A stretch of 64,000 nt of DNA, from assembly GCF_009914755.1 (NCBI RefSeq), contig NC_060947.1; one strand, written 5' to 3'. This document shows, one piece after another, positions 1 to 12,607 of the stretch (positions are counted from its first letter, which is position 1; each line of letters opens with the position of its first letter). Source of the DNA: the human T2T-CHM13v2.0 reference genome, Homo sapiens. The notes under the pieces were generated by a model. The model was not told the origin of the DNA. It saw only the letters and a program-made list of their open reading frames with translations, and did no database searches. The position numbers were made by a program, and so were the translations under genes.

Positions 1-742
1 TCTAGTAATAGCAACTAATTAAAGTGAATTAAAAGTGAACTGATTAAACTGTATAGTTAATGGATGTAGTGGCTTGAAAATATAAAATTATATATATATA
101 TATCCAAAGACAATTCATCAATTTTGCCAAGTAAAAGTGAATATATTCTTGTTTCAGAATTGGTCTCTTATTTTTAAGATAATCCTATGACTTTTGAATG
201 TTATAGAATTTAATTATTCAGCAGAAAACAAATTGTAATCATGATTTCTCTGATCAATACAATGTATTTTTGATCTACAAAGAGGGTATATGAGCAATAA
301 AAATCCCAGAAATGTTGCCCATAATGATTTCAAATGCCTTAGAATGATTATTATTATAAATTTAGAAAGATATTTTTGTGTAGATTTATTTTTGATTTTT
401 ACGAAAAATAATGATTTTTGAGAGTTTTTATTTCATAGTTTCACGGTAAGTTGTCTTGTTTAATGGTCCTCTAATGAGTGTCAGGGTAAGAGATGTGATT
501 AAATATAATATTGTGGCAAAAGGAGATGTCTATAGAATAAAAATTGTGAAATAATCATATTCTAAAATTGTTCTAATTAGGGTAGTCTGACATCATTAGA
601 ATTTCATTACTCTAATATGATCATATTAAAATGCCAAAAAAAGAGTCTATTATAAACATATTTAGAAAACTTAATCAGCATTCCCAGTTTTCTCTCATAC
701 ACACATATAAATATATATGTTTCTGAAATTATCAAAGAACCA

Positions 743-1109
743 TGTCTTAATCTGCTCAGGCTGCTAGAACAAAATGCTATTAACTAGGTGGCTTATAAAC
801 AACATAAATTTATTTCTCAGAGTTCTGGAGGCTAAGAAGTCCTAGATCAAGTTGTTGGCAAATTCAGTGTCTGGTGAAGGCTCACTTCCTGGTTCATAGA
901 CAAGGAGGCATCTTTTCACCGTGTACTCACATGGCAGAAAGGGTAAGAGATCTTTGAAGTCACTTATATAAGGGCACTAATCTGATTTATAAGGGATCTA
1001 CCCTCATGACCTAAGCACCTCCCAAAGGCCAACTTCCAGATGCCATCACATTAGTGATTATGTTTTAACATATGAATTTTAGGGTGACACAAACATTCAC
1101 TCTATGGTA
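743..1109 (-). mobile_element. MaLR solo LTR, MLT1A0/MLT1A-like
   Basis: Reverse complement follows the MLT1A0 consensus along its length (GAATGTTTGTGTCACCCTAAAATTCATATG ... AGAAATAAATTTATGTTGTTTATAAGCCACC ... TAAGACA); ~365 bp. Confidence 0.85.
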
Positions 1110-1139
1110 GACCATGTGGCTTAAATAATCTGAATCTTA

Positions 1140-2756
1140 CTTCGGACCTACTAAAACAGAACAGAATATTTGAATTTTGAAACCCAGGAATTTGTGATGG
1201 CAGTGGCGGCTGTCTGGAGTGGCCACTGCCATGACACCAGCTGCAGTGGGGGAGGCGTGACCAGGGTTGCATGCTCCATGGAGCCTGTGGGAACCAGGAA
1301 CAGGTGGGAGCCCCACCTCCTTCTGAATTGGAGGGGTGAGGGCCTCGCCCTCCCAGGTGCAGTTGCAGGGGCCCAGCTGGGACTGCTGCCCCAGGTATCC
1401 TGTGCTCTTGGGGACCCAGGAAGCCCTCCTGCCCCAGCAGGCTTGAAAGAGCCTGCACCTGCTGCTTGGCCTCTCAGCTCTCCAGCTGCCCATTCCAATT
1501 TTGGAGCAAAGTTGAGGCCAAGCCTGGGCACTGTGGCAACCTGGTGGGATGTGTGTGAGCTTTTGGCGGTGCTGACATGCCTATGGCTGCCTCAGCCCCC
1601 TCCAGACTTTGACCACCCACAAACAAGGGAGGGAAGCAGAGGGGGTGCTGAGGGCAGCTGGGCATGGGCCTGAAGGTGCCCTTTGGCATGAACAGCCTGG
1701 GTGCCATAGATGACATGATTGATAGTGGGTGCCATGGGTGACATGATTGATAGCGTCAGGAGGCATAGAGGCTTCTGCTCAGAAAAGGGCATGTCCCTGG
1801 TGAAGTCCCACCTTCCGGTCAGAGAAGGCCTGAAGCCTGGGGGCCCGTTGGCCAGTTCCTCAGACCAGAGTGAGAATGCGTGCTTTTTCTGGCCTGCCTA
1901 TGGCTGTCCATGGACCAATCAGCATGGACTTTCTCCCGTCTCAAGCCCATAAAAACTCCAGGACTCAGTGAGAATTGGACAAACGACAGATGACCTAACT
2001 GCTGTTAGGAGCTACCCACTCCGTGTCTTCTGAGAGGTGCGCTTTCACTCAACAAAGCATCTCTTCACTTTGCTCACACTCCAATTGTCTGCATACCTCA
2101 TTCTTCCTGGACACAGGTCTCAGGACCCACCAAATGGCAGGACTGAAAGAGCTGTAACACAAACAGGGCTGAAACACCACCCCCCCCACCCCAACTTGCC
2201 ACGTTGGGGGTGATGAGGATAGAAGAGAGCATAAGAGAAGAGCTGTGCCCTTTGGGGAGCCTGGACCTAGGAGCTCCCTGAGCCAGGGCTGTGACACCCT
2301 TTTTGGGGCTCTGTGGGTCCTGGCATCTCCAAGATTCCAGGTGCCACCATGTTCCCTGGTGCCCAATTCACTTGCAGTACAGTTGGTTCAGCTGCAGCCT
2401 TGCAGGGATCCAGTGCCCACGCTGGCACCTGCAGCTGCCCACCTCACCACAGCCAGTGTACCTGGTTATGCGCAGTGGCCGGAACTTGTGCTTGCTCACT
2501 CACACACCCCTCTCCTCCCTGCATTTGACTTGCCTTTGGCAGGCATGGGATCCGGGCTGGTAGTGAGACCTGAGTGCAGCCTGCCAAGCCGAGTGGGTGG
2601 AATAAGCCCAGTGGGCCCGAGCAAAACTCGAGCAAAGGCACCATCGGCCACAGAGGTTTCTGTCTGGTGAAGCAACACCCCGAAGATCTTGTGACATATG
2701 CATGATTAACAAATTAACTAGGTGATTTCTACGTAGCTGATGTTTTGAAAACCACT
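1140..2756. mobile_element. MER5-like hAT DNA transposon relic, split by the MER52 LTR (pieces ~1140-1194 and ~2701-2756)
   Basis: gacctactaaaacagaa...cccaggaatttg | catgattaacaaattaactaggtgatttct...ttttgaaaaccact joins into a MER5A-type sequence once the LTR is removed. Confidence 0.55.
1195..2696 (+). mobile_element. ERV1 solo LTR, MER52 family (MER52A-like)
   Basis: GC-rich 1.5 kb block starting TGATGGCAGTGGCGG and ending GCCACAGAGGTTTC...GATCTTGTGACA; TG...CA termini; 4-bp TSD tttg/tatg (one mismatch). Confidence 0.85.
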
Positions 2757-5176
2757 TGATAGCTACTGGTTGCTGTAGCTAGCTATCAATTTTATCCAAA
2801 TTTTCATTCCCTTATCTAATTCCCAAATGTTATGAAAGGCAACAAAAGTAGTGTTACAAAAGGTCCAAATAATATATTGGAGGTAAATATATAAGATTGA
2901 TTTATGGGTTTTAGAGTTGGAGACTATATCTTTCTACTAGTTTGTATTCCCATCCTCAATTTAGAAATAATTAAGAAGTATATTTTTATACCTTTTTAAG
3001 AAAAATGAAAAGGACAGTGCCATATCAATTTACTCCTTGGACCATAGCATAATGATCTTTTTTTTTTTTTAATTCTTTAACTTGTCAGTCACTTTGAGGT
3101 TATTTTTAATACCGTGTGTGTGTATGTGTGTATGTGCGTGTGGAGTATGTGGGTGTGGTAGACAGTATATAGAGATATTTTTGTTTGTATGGAAAATAAG
3201 TAGAGGGGAGTCTGCTTTTAGAAGAAATACACCTCTGTAGAGAGATCCACAAGTAAAAGACTACAGCAACACTACAGATATTAGTTGATTACAATTCCTC
3301 CCCACAACTCCACCCACAACTATATTTACCACAACGTTGCTTGCTACTATCTTCCACACTGGTGAATATTATTACTGGAAGATGCAACTATTTTAATTTA
3401 TTATTTGATTATCTATGATGATTATAGAACTTCAATGTTTTTTAAATGTAAGAAAAGTTTAAAGGAAACATTGGTCTATTCATCTTATATTAATTTCCAG
3501 GAAGTGACACATATTACAAAGCAGCAATTGTTTTCCATGTGCTAATGAACACCAGGTAAAAAAGATGAAACAAACATGTTTCATATACACCAGAATGGGT
3601 CTAAAACAAATATGTTACCACTATCCATAAACTCAACACACTAACGAAATTGCTAGCATACTAGCCGATGTGTGCATTCTCCAATTTTATTAGGAATACA
3701 TTCTAATAATTATTATTTAAAAACTGATATTTATTCACCATCATAACTTTTTGTTGCATTTTTTACTAACATTAAACAAGAAATATTTTGATCCAAGCGT
3801 TTATGCCATTAATGACAATGCCAGGTTTTTCCTCTTTCGTTGTATGCTACAAAATTATTCCAACATCTAATCCAAGTCAGAAACCATCTGTTGCTTGAAT
3901 GACATTTGGCTTGTTTAAAATGTATTAATTAAACAGACATGTTGTGTAACTATGGCAAAGGGAGAATTATTTTGCAAATATAAAGGAGTGACACCAGAGA
4001 TGAAGCAGTGTTCAAACCAAACTTGTGGCTTATTTTATGGAAACATATTTTCAAATAACAACTAGAAAAACTTAACTATTGACTAATATTCTTAAAAATA
4101 AAATGATTATTTGGATCATATGTGATCCATGGTTCCATCATCTCCCAAGTCTATTTCATCACTGACAATGGAGTAAGTAGTTTAGGTTTGATCTTGTTAA
4201 TTATGCTAGTAGACTACAGGGACAAAAATGAAAAGGGTTAATATACTGAGTAATTACAAATCATTTGGCTAAGAGACAGTACCTATGGGAAAAAAATGCA
4301 GAAATCCTCTGACTTTCAGAATGAGGTTGTTTACTATTATAAAATGTGGGAACTTGGAATCTTAAAGTATTCTTAATAGTTTGAAATTCAAAAGATTTTA
4401 TACGTAAATCAAAAGCAAACTTGCATATGGTAATCCTTAGAAAGTAATGACCCTACATATGATTACTCTTTCTAATCAGAGTTACTGGTGATGACAGTGA
4501 ATCTAAAGGAAGATTGGGTTAGAGTGTATTAGGTTTGAACTCATGGCGTGTGCAAGGTTGTATAAGTAATTCTAATGAGCCTTCTCTAACATGATACTCA
4601 AGTATTCTATAATTAGAATCACAGGGTCACCTATCTGCATGCAGCCTCTTTGGTGCCAGATTAACCTGTCCAAAATGCCACTTGCATCATGTTGTGAAAT
4701 GTAAAAATATTTACCTGATAATTACTATGAAATGATGCCTTCATGAGGTTTAATGGACACAAGAATGCTGGGGATTTGATATTTAGTCTGTAAATGATTT
4801 ATGTGAATGACACCAATATAATTTCTGGGTATTGTTGTGTTCTGGAATTTTGATTCATTTGAGCTAAAAATGAGGTGTGTGGATTTTAGGGAGAGGTATC
4901 CTGTGCTATTTCTCTCTGCTACTGGCAGAAAATAACTAGCTTTTCAGGGCAAATATTTATTCATGAAAACGCCAGGATTTATTTCCATCCCATAAAGTCA
5001 CTGTTCCAGTCAATAGATTTGTTTTAATTTCTGTGTCACAACTTCTCTGCAGGGCTACAGACAGAAATTTGTCATGAACAAATTATGACATGAATATTAA
5101 TGTAGTAGCCCTTTTATACTGCACAATAATTATCTTTAACCAGCTTTTCCATATTGAAAAATTAGCCTTCCAGATC

Positions 5177-5457
5177 AGAGGTCTTCAAACCATGGCCTTT
5201 AGAGCCAAATGATGAAGAAGTTCAAGCAAAACATTATATTTAATAATACATAAAAGTACCTAAATTTTAAATTTTAATGTCCATAAGTACAGTTTTATTG
5301 GAACACAGGCAGGCCCATTCAGTTTCATATTGTCTATGGCTGTTTTTACACTTCAACATTAGGGTTAAGTAGTTGAGACAGAGACTGTATCATATGGCCC
5401 ACAAAGCCTAAAATATTTACTATCTCATTCTTTACAGAAAAAGTTTGCTGAACCTTC
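5177..5457. mobile_element. MER58 (MER58B-like) hAT-Charlie non-autonomous DNA transposon
   Basis: gttttattggaacacag...ttgtctatggctg...tatggcccacaaagcctaaaatatttactatct...tttacagaaaaagtttgctga matches the MER58 consensus. Confidence 0.8.
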
Positions 5458-5527
5458 AGTTTAATGGTTATAAGAGGGGTCCTAGAGGATGATTAGTTTA
5501 TCATTCTTAAAACTGTAGATAAATGTT

Positions 5528-6505
5528 TTTTTTTTTTTTTTTAATTATACTTAAGTTTTGGGATACATGTGCAGAACGTGCAGGTGTTTTACATAAGTAT
5601 ACACATGCCATGGTGGTTTGCTGCATCCATCAACCCATCATCTACATTAGGTATTTCTCCTAATGCTATCCCTCCCCTAGCCCCACACCCTCCAACAGGC
5701 CCCAGTGTGTGATGTTTCCCTCCCTGTGTCCATATGTTCTCATTGTTCAACTCCCACTTAAGAGTGACAACATGCAGTGTTTGGTTTTCTGTTCCTGTGT
5801 TAGTTTGCTGAGAATGATGGTTTCCAGCTTCATCCATGTCCCTGCAAAGGAAATGAACTCATCCTCTTTTATGGCTGCATAGTATTCCATGGAGTGTATG
5901 TGCCACATTTTCTTAATCCAGTCTATCATTGTTGGACATTTGGGTTGGTTCCAAGTCTTTGCTATTGTGAACAGTGCCGCAATAAACATACACGTGCATG
6001 AGTCTTTATAGTAGAATGATTTATAATCCTTTGGGTATATACCCAGTAATGGGATGGCTGGGTCAAATGGTATTTCTGGTTCTAGACCCTTGAGGAATCG
6101 CCACACTGTCTTCCACAATGGTTGAACTAATTTACACTCCTACCAACAGTGTAAAAGTGTTCCTATTTTTCCACATCCTCTCCAGCATCTGTTGTTTCCT
6201 GACATTTTAATGATCACCATTCTAACTGGTGTGAGATGATACCTCATTGTGGTTTTGATTTGCATTTCTCTAACGACCATTGATGATGAGCTTCTTTTCA
6301 TGTTTGCTGGCCGCATAAATGTCTTCTTTTGAGAAATGTCTCTTCATATCCTTTGCCCACTTTTTAATGGGGTTGTTTGTTTTTTTCTTGTAAATTTGTT
6401 TAAGTTCTTTGTAGATTCTGGGTGTTAGTCCTTTGTCAGATGGATAGATTGCAAATATTTTCTCCCATTCTGTAGGTTGCCGGCTCACTCTGATGATAGT
6501 TTCTT
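5528..6505 (-). mobile_element. 5'-truncated L1PA (L1PA7-like): end of ORF2, 3' UTR, poly(A)
   Basis: Poly(T) at left; ORF-track peptides EIPFDPAIPLLGIYPK and [18 protein letters not shown] are L1 ORF2 C-terminus; TSD taaatgtt at 5520-5527 and 6506-6513. Confidence 0.92.
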
Positions 6506-6599
6506 TAAATGTTGTAAATTTTTTATATATTATGAATTTCTAAATAGATCCAACAAGCTATTGACAATGTTTTAGTTAGTTTATTTACAAGAATGCAAA

Positions 6600-7282
6600 T
6601 GTAACCACCCAGTGGGTTCACCTTGCCCGCTGCCTAGACAGAGCCGATTTATCAAGACAGGGGGATTGCAGTAGAGAAGGAGTAATTCACGCAGAGTTGG
6701 CTGTGTAGGAGTCCAGAGTTTTATTATTACTCAAATAAGTCTCCCTGAGCATTTGGGGAGAGAGTTTTTAAGGACAACTTGGTGTGTGAGGGGAAGCCAG
6801 TGAGCCAGGAGTGCTGATTGGTCAGTGGTGAAATCGTAGAGATTCAAAGCTGTCTTCTTGGGCTGAGTTAGTTCCTGGGTGGGGGCCACAAGATCAGATG
6901 AGCCAGTTTATCGATCTGGGTGGTGCCAGCTGGTCCATCAAGTGCAGGATCTGCAAAATATCTCAAGCACTGCTTAGGAGCAGTTTAGGGAGGGTCAGAA
7001 TCTTGTAGCCTCCAGCTGCATGACTCCTAAACCATAATTACTAATCTTGTGGCTAATGTTAATCTTACAAAGGCAATCTAGTCCCCAGGCAAGAAAGAGG
7101 TCAGCTTTGGGAAAGGGCTGTTAGTGTATTTGTTTTAAACTATAAACTAAGTTTCTCCCAAAGTTAGTTCAGCCTATTCCCAGGAATGGACAAGGACAGC
7201 TTGGAGGTTAAGAAGCAAGACGGAGTTGGCTAGGTTAGATACCTTTCAGTGTCTCAGTCATAATTTTGCAAAGGCGGTTTCA
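6600..7282 (-). mobile_element. ERV1 solo LTR, LTR8
   Basis: Reverse complement begins TGAAACCGCCTTTGCAAAATTATGACTGAGAC and ends GGTTACA; 683 bp; TSD caaa/caag. Confidence 0.88.
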
Positions 7283-7756
7283 CAAGGGCTTATTTAGTAC
7301 TCTGAGACTTTAGAGTTGAAGCAACTAAACTTTTTATAAACTTTTATGAAACTCTGCTTTTGAAGAATAGAGTATTGATGATTATTTCAGTAGCTCCCTA
7401 CTAAATATCTTTAGTACTAATAAATAATAGATGACTGACAGGCTAGGTAATCCATGTATTTTAATGCCCTGTAATTCAGGGTAACATTCGGATTATGTCT
7501 CTGTAGAGGTGATCAGAAGACGACCTGAAGCTTTTATTTTCCTCTTTTCACTGTGGGTTCTAGATACAAAGACAAACAGAAAAAGGGATATTGACTAGGC
7601 AAAAGCATACAAAAAGATATTTCAGTTACATTATTTCCCTGATAAATGCTTTAAATCTTAGAAAATACAGTGTGGTTTAATCAGATAATACAGTCAATGT
7701 CACTCTTCACAGCTTCCACACAACCTAACACTCATCCCCCAAAAAACTAAAACCAA

Positions 7757-8059
7757 GGCTGGGTGAGGTGGCTCATGCCTGTAATCCTAGCACTTTTGGA
7801 GGCCTAGATGGGTGGATTGCTTGAGCTCAAGGGTCGAGACCAGCCTGGGCAACATGGTGAAACCCCATCTCTACCAAAAATACAAAAAATTAGCTTGGCG
7901 TGGTGGTGTGCACCTATGGTTCTAGTTACTTGGGAGGGTCGCTTGAGCCTGGGAGGTAGAGGTTGCAGTGAGCCAAGATTGTGCCATTGCATTCCAACCT
8001 AGATGACAGAATGAGACCCTGTCTAAAACAAAACAAAACAAAACAAACAACAGCAAAAA
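7757..8059 (+). mobile_element. AluJ (AluJb-like) with (AAAAC)n tail
   Basis: Dimeric Alu with J diagnostics (ggattgcttgagctc, cgcttgagcctggg, agaccctgtct); short internal deletion in right arm. Confidence 0.9.
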
Positions 8060-8659
8060 CCCCTGCCTTCTGAACTCCTCAATATTACTTAGTTCCAGCA
8101 AGCTTTTCTTTTATTCAGTTTATTTTCTGCTCGTACTAATTCTGCTAAGAGTTACCTTAACCAACACCACCCACTACTCCCTCTGAGAGGCCCAAAGGAA
8201 TCCTGTCCGGCTGTTACACTTACATGTAGAAAATCAGCAGACTATTTCTCATTAGAAGAAGTAATTTTATGTTCAGAAACATATTCCATAAGATATATTA
8301 CATATTACATGCATTAGTCATTTTCTCCTATTTTATTGAGACTTTAATATAAAAAATAATGGCTAAAAACTAAAGAAGATTCAAGTGAGCTACTTAAATA
8401 TTTTATGCATCTATTATATTTTCATATATCTTCCAATAAGTTTGAAGTATGATATTCAAATCTTTTCATAGCTCCATCTGAAGAAATGGCTGACTGTTAG
8501 ACCTGAATTTGTGAAAACATATGCATTCTGTTATGAAAATGCCTAGGATGTAAATTCTTGTGATCTTTGATATATGCAAATCTCTTAAATAAATTATACC
8601 TAATTTGAAGCTTTCATGCTGCCAGTAGTTTAGTGCTTTGGTTGATCTATTGTTACATA

Positions 8660-9170
8660 GCAAACCATCAGTAATCTTTGGGGACATAAAAATCAATAGT
8701 CCTTCTTAATTTTTAGGTCAGGAATTTAGGTAGTGTACAGCAGATATAGCTATTTCTGCTCCACAATGACTGCTGCCTTAAGTAGGGGGTGCTCAAATGT
8801 CTGAAGATAGTTAGGATGACTCCAATAAGGCCACCAGCTGGAATGTTCATAATGGATTCTTCATGTACATATCCGGCACCTGAACTTGAGTGGCTGGAAC
8901 AGCTGGGCCTCTCTCGGCATTGTAGTCTCTTTTTATACAGTCTTTCCACGAAGCTAGCTTGAGCTTCCCCACAGTATGGCATGCTCCCAGTACTCAAACT
9001 ACTTTCAATGCAGCTGTAATTTTCCATGGTGAGTTTTCCAAGGGTGCAAAGCAGAAGCTACAAGGTTTGATTACAGAGTCTGTGCAGATTCAATGTGGTC
9101 TCAGGCTATTTGAAAGTCTGAATATCAAGAGGTGATGTCCATTGGGGAGCCTATTTTTGGAGACTACTAC
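8660..9170 (-). mobile_element. Old MaLR LTR (MLT1-type), degenerate
   Basis: ggtcaggaatttagg...tttctgctccacaatg...gctagcttgagcttccccacagtatggc...cagaagctacaagg resembles reverse-strand MLT1 LTRs; boundaries approximate. Confidence 0.55.
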
Positions 9171-9938
9171 ATATAGCATAGCAATGCTGCAAACAAAAAT
9201 GCTGCTACAAGATCTGGTGAAGATGTTACAAACTTCTTCTTTCGGAAACCAAATGCTTCATCTTTATCTTTTTATTTGTATATATATTTTTATATTCTGC
9301 TAGGAATACCATTTATGATGATAACTATAATTTGTTTTCATAATTGCCATAAACTGTTATCCATATTATGTAATTACCTTTTTCTTAGAAAGTAAAATCA
9401 ATGTAAATAAATTCCAATTCAAAATTTTGTCCCTAAGATTCTTCTAAAAGATGATGTACTTTTAGTTTTCTAAGCCTACATGATTGAATAAATTTGTGTT
9501 ATTATTCACAGTTTCAGCTCACTAGCAACTTACAGATACAGCAAAAAAGTATGGTTATATTTATCCACACTTATTATTCAAAAAATAAGTTATTGCCAAA
9601 TAATACCTAAATAAATACATGTTAAAATTATGATTGGAATTTCCAGTTTGCTCAAATATGCTATAAAGCTGACTGTCTCTTGCTTTAGAACAAGTTTACT
9701 TTCATTCTGCATCTGGCTGTGCCTTGTTTCGAAATATAATGGAAGCAACACTGCCTTCAGGTGAAGAAGGTTTGAACACAGAATTGTGTTATTCACAAAA
9801 GCCTGAAATTGTTCACAACTCAAGATAATGTTAATGTGTCTTCACCAGATAGCCGAAATAATGCATTTTCTAAATTGCAGCATTAAGCAATTATTCAGAT
9901 CATATCTGAAACCCTGTAATTTTCATTCTCCCTTTCAG

Positions 9939-10137
9939 TCCCAGCGGCGTGTCACATTTCACCTGCCAGAAGGCTCTCAGGAAAGCAGCAGTGATGGTGG
10001 ACTGGGAGACCATGATGCAGGCAGCCTTACCAGCACATCTCATGGCCTGCCCCTTGGCTATCCTCAGGAGGAGTACTTTGATCGTGCTACACCCAGCAAT
10101 CGCACTGAAGGGGATGGCAACTCCGATCCTGAATCTA
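9939..10137 (+). CDS. PCDH11X: Internal coding exon of protocadherin-11 (PCDH11X or paralogue PCDH11Y); cytoplasmic domain containing the RRVTF PP1-binding (CM3) motif
   Basis: Polypyrimidine tract and acceptor ttttcattctccctttcAG (ends 9938), donor GTAAGT (10138-10143); 199 nt, phase 0 to 1; translates [66 protein letters not shown], recognised as protocadherin-11. X versus Y copy not resolvable by eye. Confidence 0.93.
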
Positions 10138-12572
10138 GTAAGTGATACCTCTCTGGTTCCTCAATATAAACGGGCTTACTGTGTTTGCAACTCAAGCTAT
10201 CATAGCCATAATAACATGGGCTAATTCATTATGTTATTGTGAATAGTGACACATTTTTGAAAGGTAAACATACAGAATTAGATGGATGGCAAGTATAAGG
10301 CAGTTTATAATATTTTAAATGTGTGATCATAACTACGCTGAATGAAATTTATTATAGCGACTTTGTTAAGGCATAGATAGAATTTTCCATTTATGTACAC
10401 CTGTATATTTATTTGTATATAAACAGCCAATTTATTTTATTTTATTCATTTATTTGTGAAGGTATAAATTTTTTCTTATATATAAAAATTATTTTCTAGA
10501 TTTTATTTTTATTTTTAGTAGAGATAAAAACCATTGACAGTTATTTTCTTTCTGAGGAAATAAGAGATCCTGACTCCAATGTAGGAGAGGGCATCTGAGG
10601 TTTTCAGCAATATACTGAAATCACACACCTGTGCCATGTTACTGTTTAGAAAGGTATTCACATTTGGTCTTCAGACAGAAGGCACAAAATCTGTGTTTTG
10701 CAAATTCCAAAGATGTTGAACTCTTTAAAAGGATCATAGAGTTGATATTAAATAAAATTTCATTAAATGTATTATCTTGAACGTGTAGCGAACAACCTTG
10801 CTGATTTATAATTTCAGGAAATACAAAATTTGATAAGATATATATTTCTCAGAAGAGTCTTGAAATTGCAAGAAGCTACAATTTGCTCCATTTATGTTAT
10901 GTACATAAAAGTATGTAGATACAAAAAAGCATACAATGTATGTGAGAAAAAAGTCATAGCCATAAACCAATATGAAAAAAAATGGGCCAAATACCTGGCA
11001 AAAACATAAATAAGGTAATATAAACTAGACATTTTGAAAGGTTATTTTGAGCATTATGGATTGCAGGGATGTATAATTCAAATAAAGCTTCTAGGCTTTA
11101 GAACAAAATAGCTTCCCTATCATTGTATTTTAATCCTCTATTTTTGAAACTTCAAAAAATAGGGAAATGGATTGGCTAAACATTATGATATAATCTAAGG
11201 CTAAACATATGGAACCAATGACAACATAACATCAACTTTTTCTCTCTACAGATGTAGATGCTATATATTATAGGTATTTTTAATGTAAAAATATTAGAGA
11301 CTTTTGAGTCAGCAAGTTCAGACAGTCCTAAAAATCTACTATCTCCATTTTCAATTTTATACTTGGAATAAATGATCAACATTTGTTCTGAAGATAAAAA
11401 ATTCCCCTATACCTTGTGTCACTAAACTATCTTTAATTTACTTTGTTTAGTACAGCAAAATGACTCCTGGTAGAAATACATAGTTGTGATTATATTTACT
11501 TGTGTAATGAACTAAGAGCTAATCTCTAATAAGAATATGATCATAAGTAACAAATACACATTAAGCAAGGGTGCCACTGATCTTCTTTACTCCATAAATC
11601 ATTGTTTTAGTTGTAGGTCTATCATGCCCTGTTAAATAAGAATATAGAAATGGGATAAGTATCATTTTTATAAACTAGAAAGAGTTGATTCATTTGTACA
11701 TGACGTGTTACTAAGCCTCTTTCATAGAGGATTGCATAGCAACAATTAAAGAGTAAACTCAGAGTAAGCATCCACAGTGCACATCTCACCCTGAAATAAA
11801 ATTCCAACTGAATGAGACTCAAATGGAATACTGTTGATAATAATAGGAGAATTGGTATGTGTCAGAAATAGTAAAACATTTAACATTAAATATAGCTTTA
11901 TTAATCCCAATTATATTTAGAAATAAGTAGTTGTTTTAAAAAGTATTCAAATGCATAGTTCTTAACAGAAGCTGATCTTGTTTATAGTTAAGGATATAAG
12001 TGCTAGCATCAATGTATTAGCTGATATACTTAGGGGCTTTTTTTTTTAAAAAAAGGGTGCTTTCTGTTAGGAGCTAAACATTTCTCTCTTCTAATTATAT
12101 TTACACTATTATCTTGAACATTAAATATCTTGTTCATATTTACTCTACAGGATGAAGGACTCACAAAATTTGCATTAAAAACTTTAGTTGCTCAATCGAT
12201 TTTATTTTAAAATCTAGATGTCTGTGGGCAATGATAATAGTAAAGCAAAGTATATATTTTGCTGCTTATTATTTTAATAAACTTATGCAAAGGGTAGATA
12301 TAATTAAAAATGAATGCCCATTTTCTACAAGTCTAACAATATTGTTAAGTGAATGTTTAAATGTTATTTTTTTACTATGAATAATACTAAGAAACTGCTC
12401 TCCTACTAAATGTGAAACCTCCCCCCTAAATCATGTTCCAAGAAAATTTTGGTTAGGAGTTTTGTTTTGGGACAGTCAGAGACCTTACTAAAAGTGCAAG
12501 AAGCGCAATAATTTACTTGAAATGAAGCTCCATTGTCTTAATGTGTCACGGTAGTGAAATGTTTAACATAGT

Positions 12573-12574
<2 letters not shown>

Positions 12575-12606
<32 letters not shown>
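12575..12606. repeat. (GT)16 microsatellite
   Basis: Perfect dinucleotide run. Confidence 0.97.

Positions 12607-12607
<1 letters not shown>

Noticed and set aside
613-628. 16-bp perfect palindrome taatatgatcatatta (similar short inverted repeats near 2756-2789 and 40435-40453)
   Set aside because: Short and AT-rich; a few are expected by chance in 64 kb
1102-2712. Cluster of overlapping 60-167 aa ORFs on both strands
   Set aside because: All lie in the GC-rich MER52 LTR, where stops are scarce; no recognisable protein family or splice structure
5589-6488. L1 ORF2-like peptides (also near 33.6, 44.8, 55.8-56.6 and 63.0-63.6 kb)
   Set aside because: Fragments of truncated, frameshifted L1 copies; none could encode a functional protein
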